Below, piece after piece: positions 51,041 to 61,072 of a stretch of 64,000 nt of DNA. Origin of the DNA: an uncultured Chloroflexia bacterium (GTDB taxonomy: Bacteria; Chloroflexota; Limnocylindria; QHBO01); the NCBI GenBank assembly GCA_963814375.1, contig CAWFCQ010000008.1:1-64000 (forward strand). Reading direction: 5' to 3'. The notes under the pieces are model-generated. The model was not told where the DNA came from. It saw only the letters and a program-made list of their open reading frames with translations, and ran no database searches. Position numbers and translations under genes: made by a program. The stretch's first letter is position 1. Each line of letters starts with the position of its first letter.

Positions 51041-51058
51041 CCCGTGGCCTCCTTCGCC

Positions 51059-52369
51059 TCAGGCGCCGATGGCGTCCAGCGACGCTCCGATCGTCTCGAT
51101 TGCCAGCGCGACCTCCTCGTCGGTGGTCACCAGCGGCGGGATGATGCGCACGGCCTGGGCGTGCGTTCCGCACGTCAGGAGAAGCAAGTTCCTCGCCATG
51201 GCTTCCGCCAGCAGCCCCTTGGCCAGGTCGGGACGCGGCGTCAGCGTACCCGGCTCGGCGAACTCGATGGCCACCATCATCCCGCGACCGCGCACCTCCG
51301 CCACCGATGAGCGCCCGTCCGCCCGCTCGCGCAGGCCGTCCAGCAGGCGGCCGCCCAGCCGCTCGGCCCGCTCCGCCAGGCGCTCGTCGTCGATCACGTC
51401 GAGGGTGGCCAGGGCTGCCGCACAGGCCACCGCGTTGCCACCGTACGTGCCGCCGTGGGATCCGGGCGCCAGCTTGTCGAGCAGGTCGCGCCGCGCGAGG
51501 ATGCCCGACAGGGGCAGCCCGGAAGCGATGCCCTTGGCCATGATCACGATGTCGGGGGTGGCATCGGTCCATTCGGTGGCGAAGAAGCGACCGGTTCGGG
51601 CGTAGCCGCTCTGCACCTCGTCGACCGCGAGCAGGATGCCGTGGCGGTCGCACAGCTCGCGGAGCGCGGGAAGGAATCCGTCCGGCGGCACCACGTAGCC
51701 GCCCTCTCCGAGCACCGGCTCGACGACGATCAGCGCCACGTCGTCCGGGGACACGACGCCGGCGAAGAGCTCGTCGAACGCCGCCATCGTCGTGGCCAGG
51801 GCGTCGTCCTCGCCGCCCATCCGCAGCGGATACGGATACGGCACGAAGTGAACGCCGCCCATCAGCGGCTCGAAGTGAGCGCGGTACTTCACGTTCGAGC
51901 TGGTCAGCGACATCGCGGCGTGGGTGCGGCCGTGGAAGCCGCCCCGAAACGCGATGACCACCGGCCGCCGGGTTGCGGACTTGGCGAGCTTGACCGCGGC
52001 CTCGACCGCCTCGGCGCCCGAGTTGGACAGGAACAGGCCGATCTCGGCGTCCGGCGCGCGGTTCGGGAAGCGCTCGGGCAGGCGTCGATGCAGCTCGAGC
52101 CCGGGCTGGTGGTAGACGATGTTCTGCTGGAGGTGGAGCCCGCGCGCTGCCTGCTCGGCGATTGCCGCCACCACCCTCGGATGAGCGTGGCCCGTGTTGG
52201 TGACCCCGATGCCGCAGGTGTAGTCGAGGTAGCGCTCGCCATCGACCGTCTCTATCCATGAGCCGGACGCGCGCTCCACCACGAGGTCGGTGTATCGGGC
52301 CCACACCGGTGGCACGCCGGAGCGCAGTGCCGCCCAATCGGTCAGAAGGTCGGTGGCGTGTTGATCCAC
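51059..52369 (-). CDS. Class III aminotransferase (GabT-like); start uncertain
   Basis: NSGAEAVEAA.K, FHGRT, EPVLGEGG, DEVQSG, AKG, HGGTYGGN. Confidence 0.9.
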   Translation of the reverse strand: MDQHATDLLTDWAALRSGVPPVWARYTDLVVERASGSWIETVDGERYLDYTCGIGVTNTGHAHPRVVAAIAEQAARGLHLQQNIVYHQPGLELHRRLPERFPNRAPDAEIGLFLSNSGAEAVEAAVKLAKSATRRPVVIAFRGGFHGRTHAAMSLTSSNVKYRAHFEPLMGGVHFVPYPYPLRMGGEDDALATTMAAFDELFAGVVSPDDVALIVVEPVLGEGGYVVPPDGFLPALRELCDRHGILLAVDEVQSGYARTGRFFATEWTDATPDIVIMAKGIASGLPLSGILARRDLLDKLAPGSHGGTYGGNAVACAAALATLDVIDDERLAERAERLGGRLLDGLRERADGRSSVAEVRGRGMMVAIEFAEPGTLTPRPDLAKGLLAEAMARNLLLLTCGTHAQAVRIIPPLVTTDEEVALAIETIGASLDAIGA

Positions 52370-53121
52370 AGCAGGCGTGTCTCCCCGCTGGCGTCGTTGC
52401 GCCAGCGATGCGGAATGGTGGATGGGAAGGTGAGGGCGTCGCCGGCTTCCGACAGCCGGTAGGTCTCGTCGTCGCCGACCCAGACGGTCATGGCGCCCGA
52501 GAGCAGGTAGAGGAACTCCTCGCCGTCGTGCGCATAGGCGCCGTCGCTGCTGGCTCCCGGCGACAGCACGAAGAGCTGCGGCTCGAGCCGCGTCGCGCCG
52601 CTGGCGAGCTGCTCGATGCGGACCGACGCGTCGCCGAGCCGCAGGGTGGTGCGTGACGAGGGCCGCACGAAACGCTGCGTCGGGTCGCCGGCCGCGCCGA
52701 AGAGCTGCTCGAGCGTGGTGCCGTAGGCGGCCGCCACGCGCTGAAGGGTCGCGATGCTGGCTCCCGAGGTCCCGCGCTCCAGGGCCGAGAGGAAGCTGAC
52801 CGAGAGGCCGGCCGCCTCGCTCGCCTGCCGCAGGCTGAGCCCCCTGGCCGTCCGGAGCCGCCTGAGCGGCCGGCCGTCCACGCGCCGATCGTGGTGCGGC
52901 GTCGCGACCGTGTCGCGCAGCAGGCGGCGGATGCCCGGGGCGTTGAGGCGATCGACCTGGCGCATGCGGCGGACGCTGCGGAGGTGGTCGAGATCGGCGT
53001 CGCTGTAGAGGCGGTAGCGGCCGCGACGCGCCGGGCGCACCAGCCCCTGGCGCTCCCAGAGTCGCAGCGCCGAGGCGGAGACACCGACGCGCCGTGCCGC
53101 CTCGCCGATGAGGTACGTCAT
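52342..53121 (-). CDS. MerR-HTH + XRE-HTH + cupin regulator
   Basis: IGEAARRVGVS..ALR.WE; LRRLR...GLSL...SFLS.LERG; H.GEE...H.W.N. Confidence 0.88.
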   Translation of the reverse strand: MTYLIGEAARRVGVSASALRLWERQGLVRPARRGRYRLYSDADLDHLRSVRRMRQVDRLNAPGIRRLLRDTVATPHHDRRVDGRPLRRLRTARGLSLRQASEAAGLSVSFLSALERGTSGASIATLQRVAAAYGTTLEQLFGAAGDPTQRFVRPSSRTTLRLGDASVRIEQLASGATRLEPQLFVLSPGASSDGAYAHDGEEFLYLLSGAMTVWVGDDETYRLSEAGDALTFPSTIPHRWRNDASGETRLLWINTPPTF

Positions 53122-53948
53122 GGCGTCGACGGCGCCGCGGCCGCGGCCTCCACCTTTCGCACGTCGGCCGCCTGTCGCTGGCTCCAGAGCTGGACGCCGA
53201 TGAAGGCGATGGCGACCAGGAAGATGAGGGTGCCGAGCACATTGACCTCGGGAGGGATGCCGACGCGGCTGGCGCCGAACACCCACAGCGGGAACGTGAC
53301 GGTGCGGCCGGCGCTGAACAGCGTGATGACGTAGTCGTCGATCGACAATGCGAACGCGAGCAGGCCGGCCGCGAGGATGCCCGGGAAGATCAGCGGGAAG
53401 GTCACCCGCCAGAACGTCTGGCGCTCGTTGGCGTAGAGGTCCATCCCGGCTTCCTCGAGCGATCGGTTGAAGCCGACGAGGCGCGGTCGCAACGTGACGA
53501 TGACGTAGCTGATGTTGAACATCACGTGGGCGATGAGGATCGTGAGGAAGCCGCGGGGAACGCCGATCGAGATCCACATCGTCAGCAGCGAGGCGCCGAG
53601 GATGATCTCGGGCGCCGCCATCGGGATGAAGATCAGGAGATTGAGCGGGCCACGGCCGCGGAACTCGTAGTGCGAGAGGGCGAGGGCGATCATCGTTCCG
53701 AACGTCGTCGCCATCACGGTTGAGAGGGCCGCGATCGCGATGCTGGTGATCATCGGCCCGGTGATCTGCGGGCGGCTCCAGATGTCGAGGTAGTTCTCGA
53801 AGGTGAAGCCCTGCCAGGTGATGTTCTGCCGCCCGGCCGGGTCGTTGAAGCTGAAGACGATCATCACCGCGATCGGCGCGAAGAGGAAGACGACGACCAG
53901 GGCGGTGAAGACGCGCAGGAGCGCGCGTGACGATTTTGAGTCGCCCAT
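53118..53948 (-). CDS. Polyamine ABC permease (PotC-like)
   Basis: P..V...FSFN, LEEA.MDL, FALS.DD. Confidence 0.88.
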   Translation of the reverse strand: MGDSKSSRALLRVFTALVVVFLFAPIAVMIVFSFNDPAGRQNITWQGFTFENYLDIWSRPQITGPMITSIAIAALSTVMATTFGTMIALALSHYEFRGRGPLNLLIFIPMAAPEIILGASLLTMWISIGVPRGFLTILIAHVMFNISYVIVTLRPRLVGFNRSLEEAGMDLYANERQTFWRVTFPLIFPGILAAGLLAFALSIDDYVITLFSAGRTVTFPLWVFGASRVGIPPEVNVLGTLIFLVAIAFIGVQLWSQRQAADVRKVEAAAAAPSTP

Positions 53949-54799
53949 CAGGTCGTGAGCCGATCGGTGCCGACGGCGCGGCTGTATCCGGCCACGAGGA
54001 TCGTGACGCCGATGACGAGGACGAACGCGAGCGCTGCGGCCGACGGGTAGTCGTTGGCGTTGATGTACTTGAACTGGATGACGTTCCCGATCATCTGCAC
54101 GTCCGGGTTGCCCGCCCCGATGATCTCGGCGTTGATGAAGTCGCCGATGGCCGGGATGAAGGTGAGCAGCGACCCCGCCACCACGCCCGGCAGCGAGAGG
54201 GTGAACGTGACGCGCCAGAACGCCTGCCAGCGGCTGGCGTAGAGGTCGGTCGCTGCCTCGATCAATCGCTTGTCGAGCTTCTCGAGGGCGACGTACAGCG
54301 GCAGGATCATGAACGGCAGGAAGTTGTACGTCAGGCCGAAGACGACCGAGGCCGGCGTCGCCAGGAAGTGGAACCCCTGCTCGAGCAGCCCGAGATCCTT
54401 CAGGGTGCCGAAGACGAGGCCGTTGTCCGACAGGAGCATCCGCCAGTTCAGGGTGCGAATCACGAAGCTGACGAAGAACGGCAGGATGACGATGAAGAGG
54501 AGGGCCGTCTTGAAGCGCCCACCGTGGAACGCGATCGTGTACGCCATCGGATACCCGATGAGCAGCGTCAACGTGGTCGTCAGGAGCGCGTAGATGGCGG
54601 ACCGGATGAAGAGGTCACCGAATTCGGTGATCACCTGCGGGTAGATGCCGAAGTTCCAGGTCAGCTGGTACCCGGTGTCGAGCGATCCCTCCTGGAGCGA
54701 CACGCTCGCCATGATCGCCATCGGGATGGCGAAGAAGACGAGCAGCCAGAGTCCTCCCGGTAGCAGCAGGAGGTACGGCGTCAGGCGGCTGCGGCCCAT
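53948..54799 (-). CDS. Polyamine ABC permease (PotB-like)
   Basis: IGYP.AY, YNFLPFMILPLY..LEK.D..LIEAA.DL. Confidence 0.88.
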   Translation of the reverse strand: MGRSRLTPYLLLLPGGLWLLVFFAIPMAIMASVSLQEGSLDTGYQLTWNFGIYPQVITEFGDLFIRSAIYALLTTTLTLLIGYPMAYTIAFHGGRFKTALLFIVILPFFVSFVIRTLNWRMLLSDNGLVFGTLKDLGLLEQGFHFLATPASVVFGLTYNFLPFMILPLYVALEKLDKRLIEAATDLYASRWQAFWRVTFTLSLPGVVAGSLLTFIPAIGDFINAEIIGAGNPDVQMIGNVIQFKYINANDYPSAAALAFVLVIGVTILVAGYSRAVGTDRLTT

Positions 54800-54821
54800 G
54801 GCTGGCGCGCCCTGCCTTTCG

Positions 54822-56081
54822 TCAGCTGCTCACCTCGAGCCATAGGTCGTTCCACTCCGCCTCCTCCTCCTCGGTCAGCTCCTTGTCGGTGTACGTGTTC
54901 GCGAGCTGGTCATCGGTGGGGACGACCGTCGGCGCGAGGGCGTCGTAGTAGTCGGCGTTCTCGGTGTCGCCATCCGCTCGATACGCCTCGGCGTCCGCGA
55001 CGATCTGCTCCTGCACGCCGTTCACCCCGGTGAAGTAGCCGATGTACTCCGAGACGAGCGTCGCGCCCGGGACGCCGTAGTAGTAGTTCAGCAGCTGGTG
55101 GGCGCCGCCGATGCGAGCCGCCCCCTTGGGGATCGCGAAGTTGTCGTTCCAGCGCATGGCGCCCGTGTCGGGGATGACGAACTGGACGTTCTCGTTGTCG
55201 TTCAGCTGCATCTGGGTGATGTCGCCCGACCACGCGACCGCGATCGCGAGATCGCCGGCAGCGAGGGCGTCGTAGTACTCGTTGCCGTAGTAGCCACGGA
55301 ACTGGTTGCGCGAGTTGGCCTCCAGCAGCACGTCGCGCGCGCGGGTGACGTCGTCAACGGTCGCATTCGCCGGCTCGACGCCGAGCGAGAGGAGCGTCAG
55401 CCCGAACATGTCGCGCATGTCGCTGAAGGCGCCGGCGACGCCCTGGAAGGCCGGGTCGAGCAGGTCGTCGAAGGTCGTGATCTCTCGGCCTGTGAGCGCC
55501 GGGTCGTAGGCAATGCCCGTGATTCCACCCTGCCACCAGAGGCTGTACCGGTTGTCGGCGTCGAACCAGAGGCCCTTCGCATAGTCCGCGGCATTCTCGG
55601 TCCAGTTGGGCAGCTGGCTGTGGTCGAGCTCCTCGAGCAGGTCGAGCCGGGCAAGGCGTTCGACGACCCAGCCGCCGGGGGTGATGACGTCCCAGCCGGT
55701 CGGATTGCCGGCCTGGAGGTCGGGGAGGATCGTCCCCATGAAGTCCGCGTTGTCCTGGATCGCCTCGGAGTAGTTGACCTCCACCCCGGACTCCTCGGTG
55801 AACGCCATGATGCTCGGATAGTTGCCGTCGTCGTCGATGTCGATGTAGAGGGGCCAGTTCGCCCACTCGAGCGCGCCGGTGGCGTCGGAGGCCGCCGCCG
55901 AGCCGCCGGCGGACTCCCGCGGACCGATGCCGCAGGCGGCGAGGATCGAGGGCAGCGTCAGCGCCGAGCCGGCCAGGATGGCACCGCGGCCGGTGCCGCG
56001 CAGGAAGCTCCGCCGGGTCATGCGACTGTCGGTTCGGAAGGCACGCGCGATCACGCGCTCGATCTGGGACTCGTCACGCAT
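54822..56081 (-). CDS. Polyamine ABC substrate-binding lipoprotein (PotD-like, Tat signal)
   Basis: TRRSFL, LAAC, ANWPLYID, AWSGD. Confidence 0.88.
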   Translation of the reverse strand: MRDESQIERVIARAFRTDSRMTRRSFLRGTGRGAILAGSALTLPSILAACGIGPRESAGGSAAASDATGALEWANWPLYIDIDDDGNYPSIMAFTEESGVEVNYSEAIQDNADFMGTILPDLQAGNPTGWDVITPGGWVVERLARLDLLEELDHSQLPNWTENAADYAKGLWFDADNRYSLWWQGGITGIAYDPALTGREITTFDDLLDPAFQGVAGAFSDMRDMFGLTLLSLGVEPANATVDDVTRARDVLLEANSRNQFRGYYGNEYYDALAAGDLAIAVAWSGDITQMQLNDNENVQFVIPDTGAMRWNDNFAIPKGAARIGGAHQLLNYYYGVPGATLVSEYIGYFTGVNGVQEQIVADAEAYRADGDTENADYYDALAPTVVPTDDQLANTYTDKELTEEEEAEWNDLWLEVSS

Positions 56082-57240
56082 CGGTCTGCTGCTCCTCCTC
56101 GAGCTCCAGGGGATCCTGCGATTCCGGGCCCGCTGGCGGGCCGATGACGAAGGTGTGCTGCGGCTTCCAGGTCAGACGCACGCGCTGGCCGTCGGCCAGC
56201 GCCTCGCCGGCGCCGCTGGTCTCCAGGTTCTGGGCGTACACGATGAGCCGGTGCCCGTCCGCGGTCTCGACCAGATACTGGGTGCTGACACCCATGTACG
56301 AGGCATCGAGGACCTTGCCCTCGATCGCGTTCGTGTCGGCGGCCGTGGACGCGGCCGCGTCGTCGGCGATGGCGAGGACGCGCAGCTTCTCGGGCCGCAC
56401 GCCGAGCCTGACCTTCGTCTCGCCGTTCAGCTCCGCTGCCGGCGCGCGAAGCATCGTTCCGTCGGCCAGTCGCAGATCGGCGAAGCGGTCGTCACGCCCG
56501 GCGACCTCCGCGTCGAGCAGGTTGCTCACCCCGAGAAAGCCGGCGACGAACTCGGTGCGCGGCCGCTCGTACAGCTCCTCGGGCGGTCCAAGCTGCTCGA
56601 TCTTGCCGGCCCGCATCACGGCGATGCGGTCGGACATCGTCATCGCCTCCTCCTGGTCGTGGGTGACGAAGATGAAGGTGATGCCGATCTCGGACTGAAT
56701 GCGCTTGAGCTCGACCTGCATCTGCTTGCGCAGCTTGAGGTCCAGCGCACCGAGCGGCTCGTCCAGCAGCAGGACACGTGGGTTGTTGACCAGAGCGCGG
56801 GCAAGGGCGATGCGCTGCTGCTGCCCACCTGACAGCTGGCTTGGCTTGCGATCCTCGTAGCCGGGCAGCTCGACCAGCTTGAGCATGAAGGCGACCTGGT
56901 GGCGAATCTCCTTCGTCGGCGTCTTGCGACGGCGCAGGCCGAAGGCGATGTTCTCGAAGACCGAGAGGTGCGGGAAGAGCGCGTAGTTCTGGAAGACCGT
57001 GTTCGTCGCGCGCTTGAAGGGCGGGAGGTTGGTGACATCCTCGTCACCGAGGAAGATGGCGCCCGAGGTGACCTCCTCGAAGCCGCCGATCATGCGCAGC
57101 GTCGTCGTCTTGCCGCAGCCCGATGGGCCAAGAAGGGAGAAGAACTCGCCTTCCGGGATCTCGAGCGAGAGGTCCTCCACGGCGGTGAAGTCACCGAACC
57201 GCTTGGTCACCCGCTCGATCCGGACGTCAGCTTCGGGCAC
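56074..57240 (-). CDS. Polyamine ABC ATPase (PotA-like)
   Basis: GPSGCGKTT, VFQNYALFPH, LSGGQQQR, LLDEPLGALD. Confidence 0.92.
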   Translation of the reverse strand: MPEADVRIERVTKRFGDFTAVEDLSLEIPEGEFFSLLGPSGCGKTTTLRMIGGFEEVTSGAIFLGDEDVTNLPPFKRATNTVFQNYALFPHLSVFENIAFGLRRRKTPTKEIRHQVAFMLKLVELPGYEDRKPSQLSGGQQQRIALARALVNNPRVLLLDEPLGALDLKLRKQMQVELKRIQSEIGITFIFVTHDQEEAMTMSDRIAVMRAGKIEQLGPPEELYERPRTEFVAGFLGVSNLLDAEVAGRDDRFADLRLADGTMLRAPAAELNGETKVRLGVRPEKLRVLAIADDAAASTAADTNAIEGKVLDASYMGVSTQYLVETADGHRLIVYAQNLETSGAGEALADGQRVRLTWKPQHTFVIGPPAGPESQDPLELEEEQQTDA

Positions 57241-57344
57241 GCTCGTCCACTCGCAAACCTTGTCGCGTTGCAGTAGGCCTGCGGAGTATACGGACCGGCG
57301 CTCGCGACCTGTCAACAGAATCGGCGCGTCTCGGCCGTTCGGCG

Positions 57345-58493
57345 TCAGGTAGCCCGGAGCTCGATCCAGCGCTCCGACTTGGCGCTCGCAACGACGGCCT
57401 CGACCACCGCGACCGAGCGGGCGCCATCGCCGACCGTCGGATACGGGGCCGGCTCACCGGGAGCCGGTGGCGGCGCGCCCTCGGCGATGGCGGTGTAGAA
57501 GGCACGAAGGACGTCGCGCAGGGCCTCGGTCCATCCCTCGGGATGTCCTGCCGGCAGCGACGGCACCCCACTGGTCGCGCCCTCGGGCTGACGGGTCAGC
57601 CGGCGTGCCTCGGCGCGGCTGCCGATCCACAGCGACTCGGGCCGCTCCTGCTGCCACGCGAGCGAAGCGAGCGCGCCGGCGATCTCGAAGCCGAAGGCGT
57701 TCTTGCGCCCGGGGCTCACCTGGCTGATGACGACCGCTCCGCGCGATCCATCGTCGAAGCGAAGCAGGATGGTCGCCGCATCCTCGGAGCTGATCGTCAC
57801 CGTCTCGGTCTCGCCGGTGGCGGTCTCGAAGGCGGTGGCCGCCTCGGCCAGGGGCCGCCGCCTGGAGGGAATGAAGGTGGCGAGGTCGGCGAAGACGGCG
57901 GTGACGCGGCGGCCGCTGACGAACTCGGCGGTGTCCACCCAATGAGAGCCGATGTCGGCCACCGCCCGCGAGGCTCCGGAGGAGGGCTCGAGGCGCCAGT
58001 TGTAATCGGTCTCGTCGGACAGCCAGTCCTGGAGGTAGTTGCCGTGGATGAGGCGCAGGTTTCCGAGCTCACCGGCCTCCACGAGCTGGCGCGCGCGCCG
58101 CACCATCGGATAGCCGCGGTAGGTGAATGCCACCATGGCGTGCCGCCCGACCCGCGCCGCCAGGTCGACCAGGCCACGGGCTTCGCTCGATGCAGCCGCG
58201 AGTGGCTTCTCGACGACGACGTGCTTGCCCGCCTCGAGCGCCCGCGTGGCGAGCGCGACGTGCGTGTCATTCGGGGTGCAGACATGGATGACGTCGATGC
58301 CCGGGTCGTCCATGAGCGAGTCGACGTCCGCCGTCGCGCGCGGGACGCCGAGCGCCCTGGCCCGGACGGCGGTGCGCTCCGCGTTCGAGCCGGCGAGCGC
58401 CACGACCTCGGCCAGACCGCCGCGACGCACCGCATCGACATGAAACGGGCCGACGAAGCCGGTGCCGATGACCGCCGCGCGCAGCGTCGTCAC
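57345..58493 (-). CDS. Gfo/Idh/MocA oxidoreductase
   Basis: IGTGFVG, CTPN..H, EKP, DIGSHW. Confidence 0.9.
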   Translation of the reverse strand: MTTLRAAVIGTGFVGPFHVDAVRRGGLAEVVALAGSNAERTAVRARALGVPRATADVDSLMDDPGIDVIHVCTPNDTHVALATRALEAGKHVVVEKPLAAASSEARGLVDLAARVGRHAMVAFTYRGYPMVRRARQLVEAGELGNLRLIHGNYLQDWLSDETDYNWRLEPSSGASRAVADIGSHWVDTAEFVSGRRVTAVFADLATFIPSRRRPLAEAATAFETATGETETVTISSEDAATILLRFDDGSRGAVVISQVSPGRKNAFGFEIAGALASLAWQQERPESLWIGSRAEARRLTRQPEGATSGVPSLPAGHPEGWTEALRDVLRAFYTAIAEGAPPPAPGEPAPYPTVGDGARSVAVVEAVVASAKSERWIELRAT

Positions 58494-59461
58494 GTCCACC
58501 ACGCCTCGGTCATCGCCGGGTCGCGCGGCATCACGCCCCGCAGGAATGCGACGCCCTTCTCGAAGCCCTCGTCGATCGAGAGCAGCGCGTCCTCGTGCTC
58601 GATCGAGAGGACGTCGTCGTAGCCGGCAAGCCGCAGCGCCGAGAGGATGCGTCGCCACTCGAGCTCGCCATGGCCGTAGCCGACGGTGCGGAAGATCCAG
58701 GACCGGCGAGTCACCTCGGCGAGCGGCGTCGTGTCGAGGACGCCGTTGACCGCGGCGTTGCGTGGATGGATCGCCGTGTCCTTGGCGTGGGTGTGGTGGA
58801 TCGCGCCCGCGGCTCCGAGCACCGCGATCGCGCTCTCGATGTCGATGCCCTGCCAGAAGAGGTGGCTGGGATCGAGGTTGGCGCCGACCGCGGGGCCGCA
58901 CGCCTCGCGCAGGCGCAGCAGCGTCGCCGGGTTGTAGACGACGAAGCCGGGGTGCATCTCGAAGCCGAGCCGAACGCCGTGATCCGCGGCGAACGTGGCC
59001 TCCTCGGCCCAGTAGGGGATGACCTTGGTGCTCCATTGCCACTCGAGCAGCTCGCCGAACTCGTTCGGCCAGGCGCAGGTCACCCAGTTCGGATACCGCG
59101 CCGAGTCGGAGTCGCCGGGGCAGCCGCTGAAGAGGTTGACCCGCTCGACGCCCAGCCGCTGCGCAAGCTCGACCGTTCTGCGGTACACGTCGTGCGCCGC
59201 TCCGGCCACCTCGCGCTGCGGGTGGAGGGGGTTGCCATGGCACGAGAGCGCGCTGATCTCGAGTCCGCGCGACGTCACCGCATCGGCGAAGGCCTTCAGC
59301 TTGGCGTCGTCGGCGAGCAGCTCATCCGGCTTGCAGTGCGCGTCGCCGGGGTAGCTGCCGGTCCCGATCTCGACGCACTCGACGCCCGCTGCGGCGATCC
59401 GATCCAGCGCGTCGGTGAAGGGCGACCCGGAGAAGAGGACCGTGAACACGCCGAGCTTCAT
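58490..59461 (-). CDS. Sugar phosphate isomerase/epimerase (TIM barrel)
   Basis: SCHGNPL, EMHP, DPSHL.WQ, HAKD, SIEHED. Confidence 0.9.
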   Translation of the reverse strand: MKLGVFTVLFSGSPFTDALDRIAAAGVECVEIGTGSYPGDAHCKPDELLADDAKLKAFADAVTSRGLEISALSCHGNPLHPQREVAGAAHDVYRRTVELAQRLGVERVNLFSGCPGDSDSARYPNWVTCAWPNEFGELLEWQWSTKVIPYWAEEATFAADHGVRLGFEMHPGFVVYNPATLLRLREACGPAVGANLDPSHLFWQGIDIESAIAVLGAAGAIHHTHAKDTAIHPRNAAVNGVLDTTPLAEVTRRSWIFRTVGYGHGELEWRRILSALRLAGYDDVLSIEHEDALLSIDEGFEKGVAFLRGVMPRDPAMTEAWWT

Positions 59462-61008
59462 GTCGCCTCCTTGATGGCGGGCTCGCTGACGTTCGCGCGC
59501 GTGGCCAGCTCCATGATCGCCTCCTGGCTCGCGCCGCGGCCGGGCAGCTCGCCCTCCAGCACACCCTCGTGCAGGACCAGGATGCGATCGGCGACGCCGA
59601 TGACCTCGAGGAGGTCCGACGACACCATCAGGACCGCCACACCCCGGAGCTTGAGCTGGTCGATGATGGCGAAGATCTCCGCCTTCGCGCCCACGTCGAC
59701 GCCTCGAGTCGGCTCGTCGAGGAGCAGGACGTCCGGCTCCCGCGCCAGCCACTTGGCGAGCACGATCTTCTGCTGGTTTCCGCCGCTGAAGGCGCGTGCC
59801 GGCCGCTCCACCTTCGGCGGCCTCAGCGCCAGCTCGCTGGCCAGGCGCTCTGCCAGCTCACGCTCTCCCCGCCGATTGAGGATGCCGTTGGAGGCGATCG
59901 TGTCGAGGTTGGCGAGACCGATGTTGGTGCGAGCCGCGAATTCGAGGATGAGCCCCGACTCCTTGCGGTCCTCGGTCACCAGGCCGACGCGGGCGTCGAT
60001 CGCGCCCTCGATGCTGCCGGCGGCGAGGGCCTTGCCGTTGACCGCGACATCGCCGTCGCGCGGCAGCGCACCGAAGATGGCGAGCAGCGACTCGGTGCGG
60101 CCGGAACCGAGGAGGCCGGCCAGCGCGACGACCTCGCCGCCGTGGACCTCGAATGAGAGGCCGTCAACCCATCGCCGGCCGGGCTTGGCCCTGGGCGGCA
60201 CCACGAGATCACGCACGGCGAGGCGCACATCGCCGGCGGGCCGATCGGCGCGCTGATACAGGTCGCCGAGCTCGCGGCCGACCATGGCCTGGACGACCTT
60301 GCCGGGCGTCGCCTCCTCGCGGCTCATGGTCGTCACCGTGCGCCCGTCTCTCAGCACGGTGACGCGATCGGCAACCGCATACACCTCGTCGAGCTTGTGG
60401 CTGATGTAGATGATCGCGACCCCCTCCGCTCGCAGGCCACGCAGGATCTCGAGCATGCGATCGGTCTCGACCTCGGTCAGGGCCGACGAGGGCTCGTCCA
60501 GGACCAGGATCCGGGCATGACGGTCGAGGGCGCGAGCGATCTCGACCAGCTGGCGGCGCGCGACCGAGAGCGAGCCGAGCCGTGCGGCCGGGTCGAGGTC
60601 GAAGCCGTAGCGATCGAGGACCTCGCGCGCCGCGGCGCGCATGCCGCCCTGGTTCACGATGCCGTTGCGGGCGGGCAGACGGCCCAGGAACAGGTTCTCG
60701 GCCACCGAGAGGTCGGGGATGAGCTGGAGCTCCTGGTGGATGATCGCGACGCCGGCCGCCAGCGCGTCGTGCGGGCTGCCGAAGGCGATCGGCTTGCCGT
60801 CGAGGACCATCTCGCCCTCGTAGCTGCCGGCCGGCCAGCGGCCGCCGATGATGTTGATGAGCGTCGACTTGCCGGCGCCGTTTTCGCCGACCAGCGCGAG
60901 GATCTCGCCCCCGCGCAGCTCGAGATCGACGCCGTCGAGGGCGCGCACGCCCGCAAATTGCTTGACGATGCCGCGCATCTCGAGGTGCACGGTGTCTTCC
61001 TGCGTCAT
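59458..61008 (-). CDS. Sugar ABC ATP-binding protein (double domain)
   Basis: GENGAGKST, SGGNQQK, DEPTRGVDVGAK. Confidence 0.92.
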   Translation of the reverse strand: MTQEDTVHLEMRGIVKQFAGVRALDGVDLELRGGEILALVGENGAGKSTLINIIGGRWPAGSYEGEMVLDGKPIAFGSPHDALAAGVAIIHQELQLIPDLSVAENLFLGRLPARNGIVNQGGMRAAAREVLDRYGFDLDPAARLGSLSVARRQLVEIARALDRHARILVLDEPSSALTEVETDRMLEILRGLRAEGVAIIYISHKLDEVYAVADRVTVLRDGRTVTTMSREEATPGKVVQAMVGRELGDLYQRADRPAGDVRLAVRDLVVPPRAKPGRRWVDGLSFEVHGGEVVALAGLLGSGRTESLLAIFGALPRDGDVAVNGKALAAGSIEGAIDARVGLVTEDRKESGLILEFAARTNIGLANLDTIASNGILNRRGERELAERLASELALRPPKVERPARAFSGGNQQKIVLAKWLAREPDVLLLDEPTRGVDVGAKAEIFAIIDQLKLRGVAVLMVSSDLLEVIGVADRILVLHEGVLEGELPGRGASQEAIMELATRANVSEPAIKEAT

Positions 61009-61024
61009 GACACGGAGCCGATGA

Positions 61025-61053
61025 GGCCCCGGCGAGACGATCCCGCCGGGGCC
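61025..61053 (-). terminator. Intra-operon stem-loop after the substrate-binding protein gene
   Basis: GGCCCCGGCG-N9-CGCCGGGGCC. Confidence 0.55.
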
Positions 61054-61072
61054 GAGCTTCGGCTGGGTCCTC

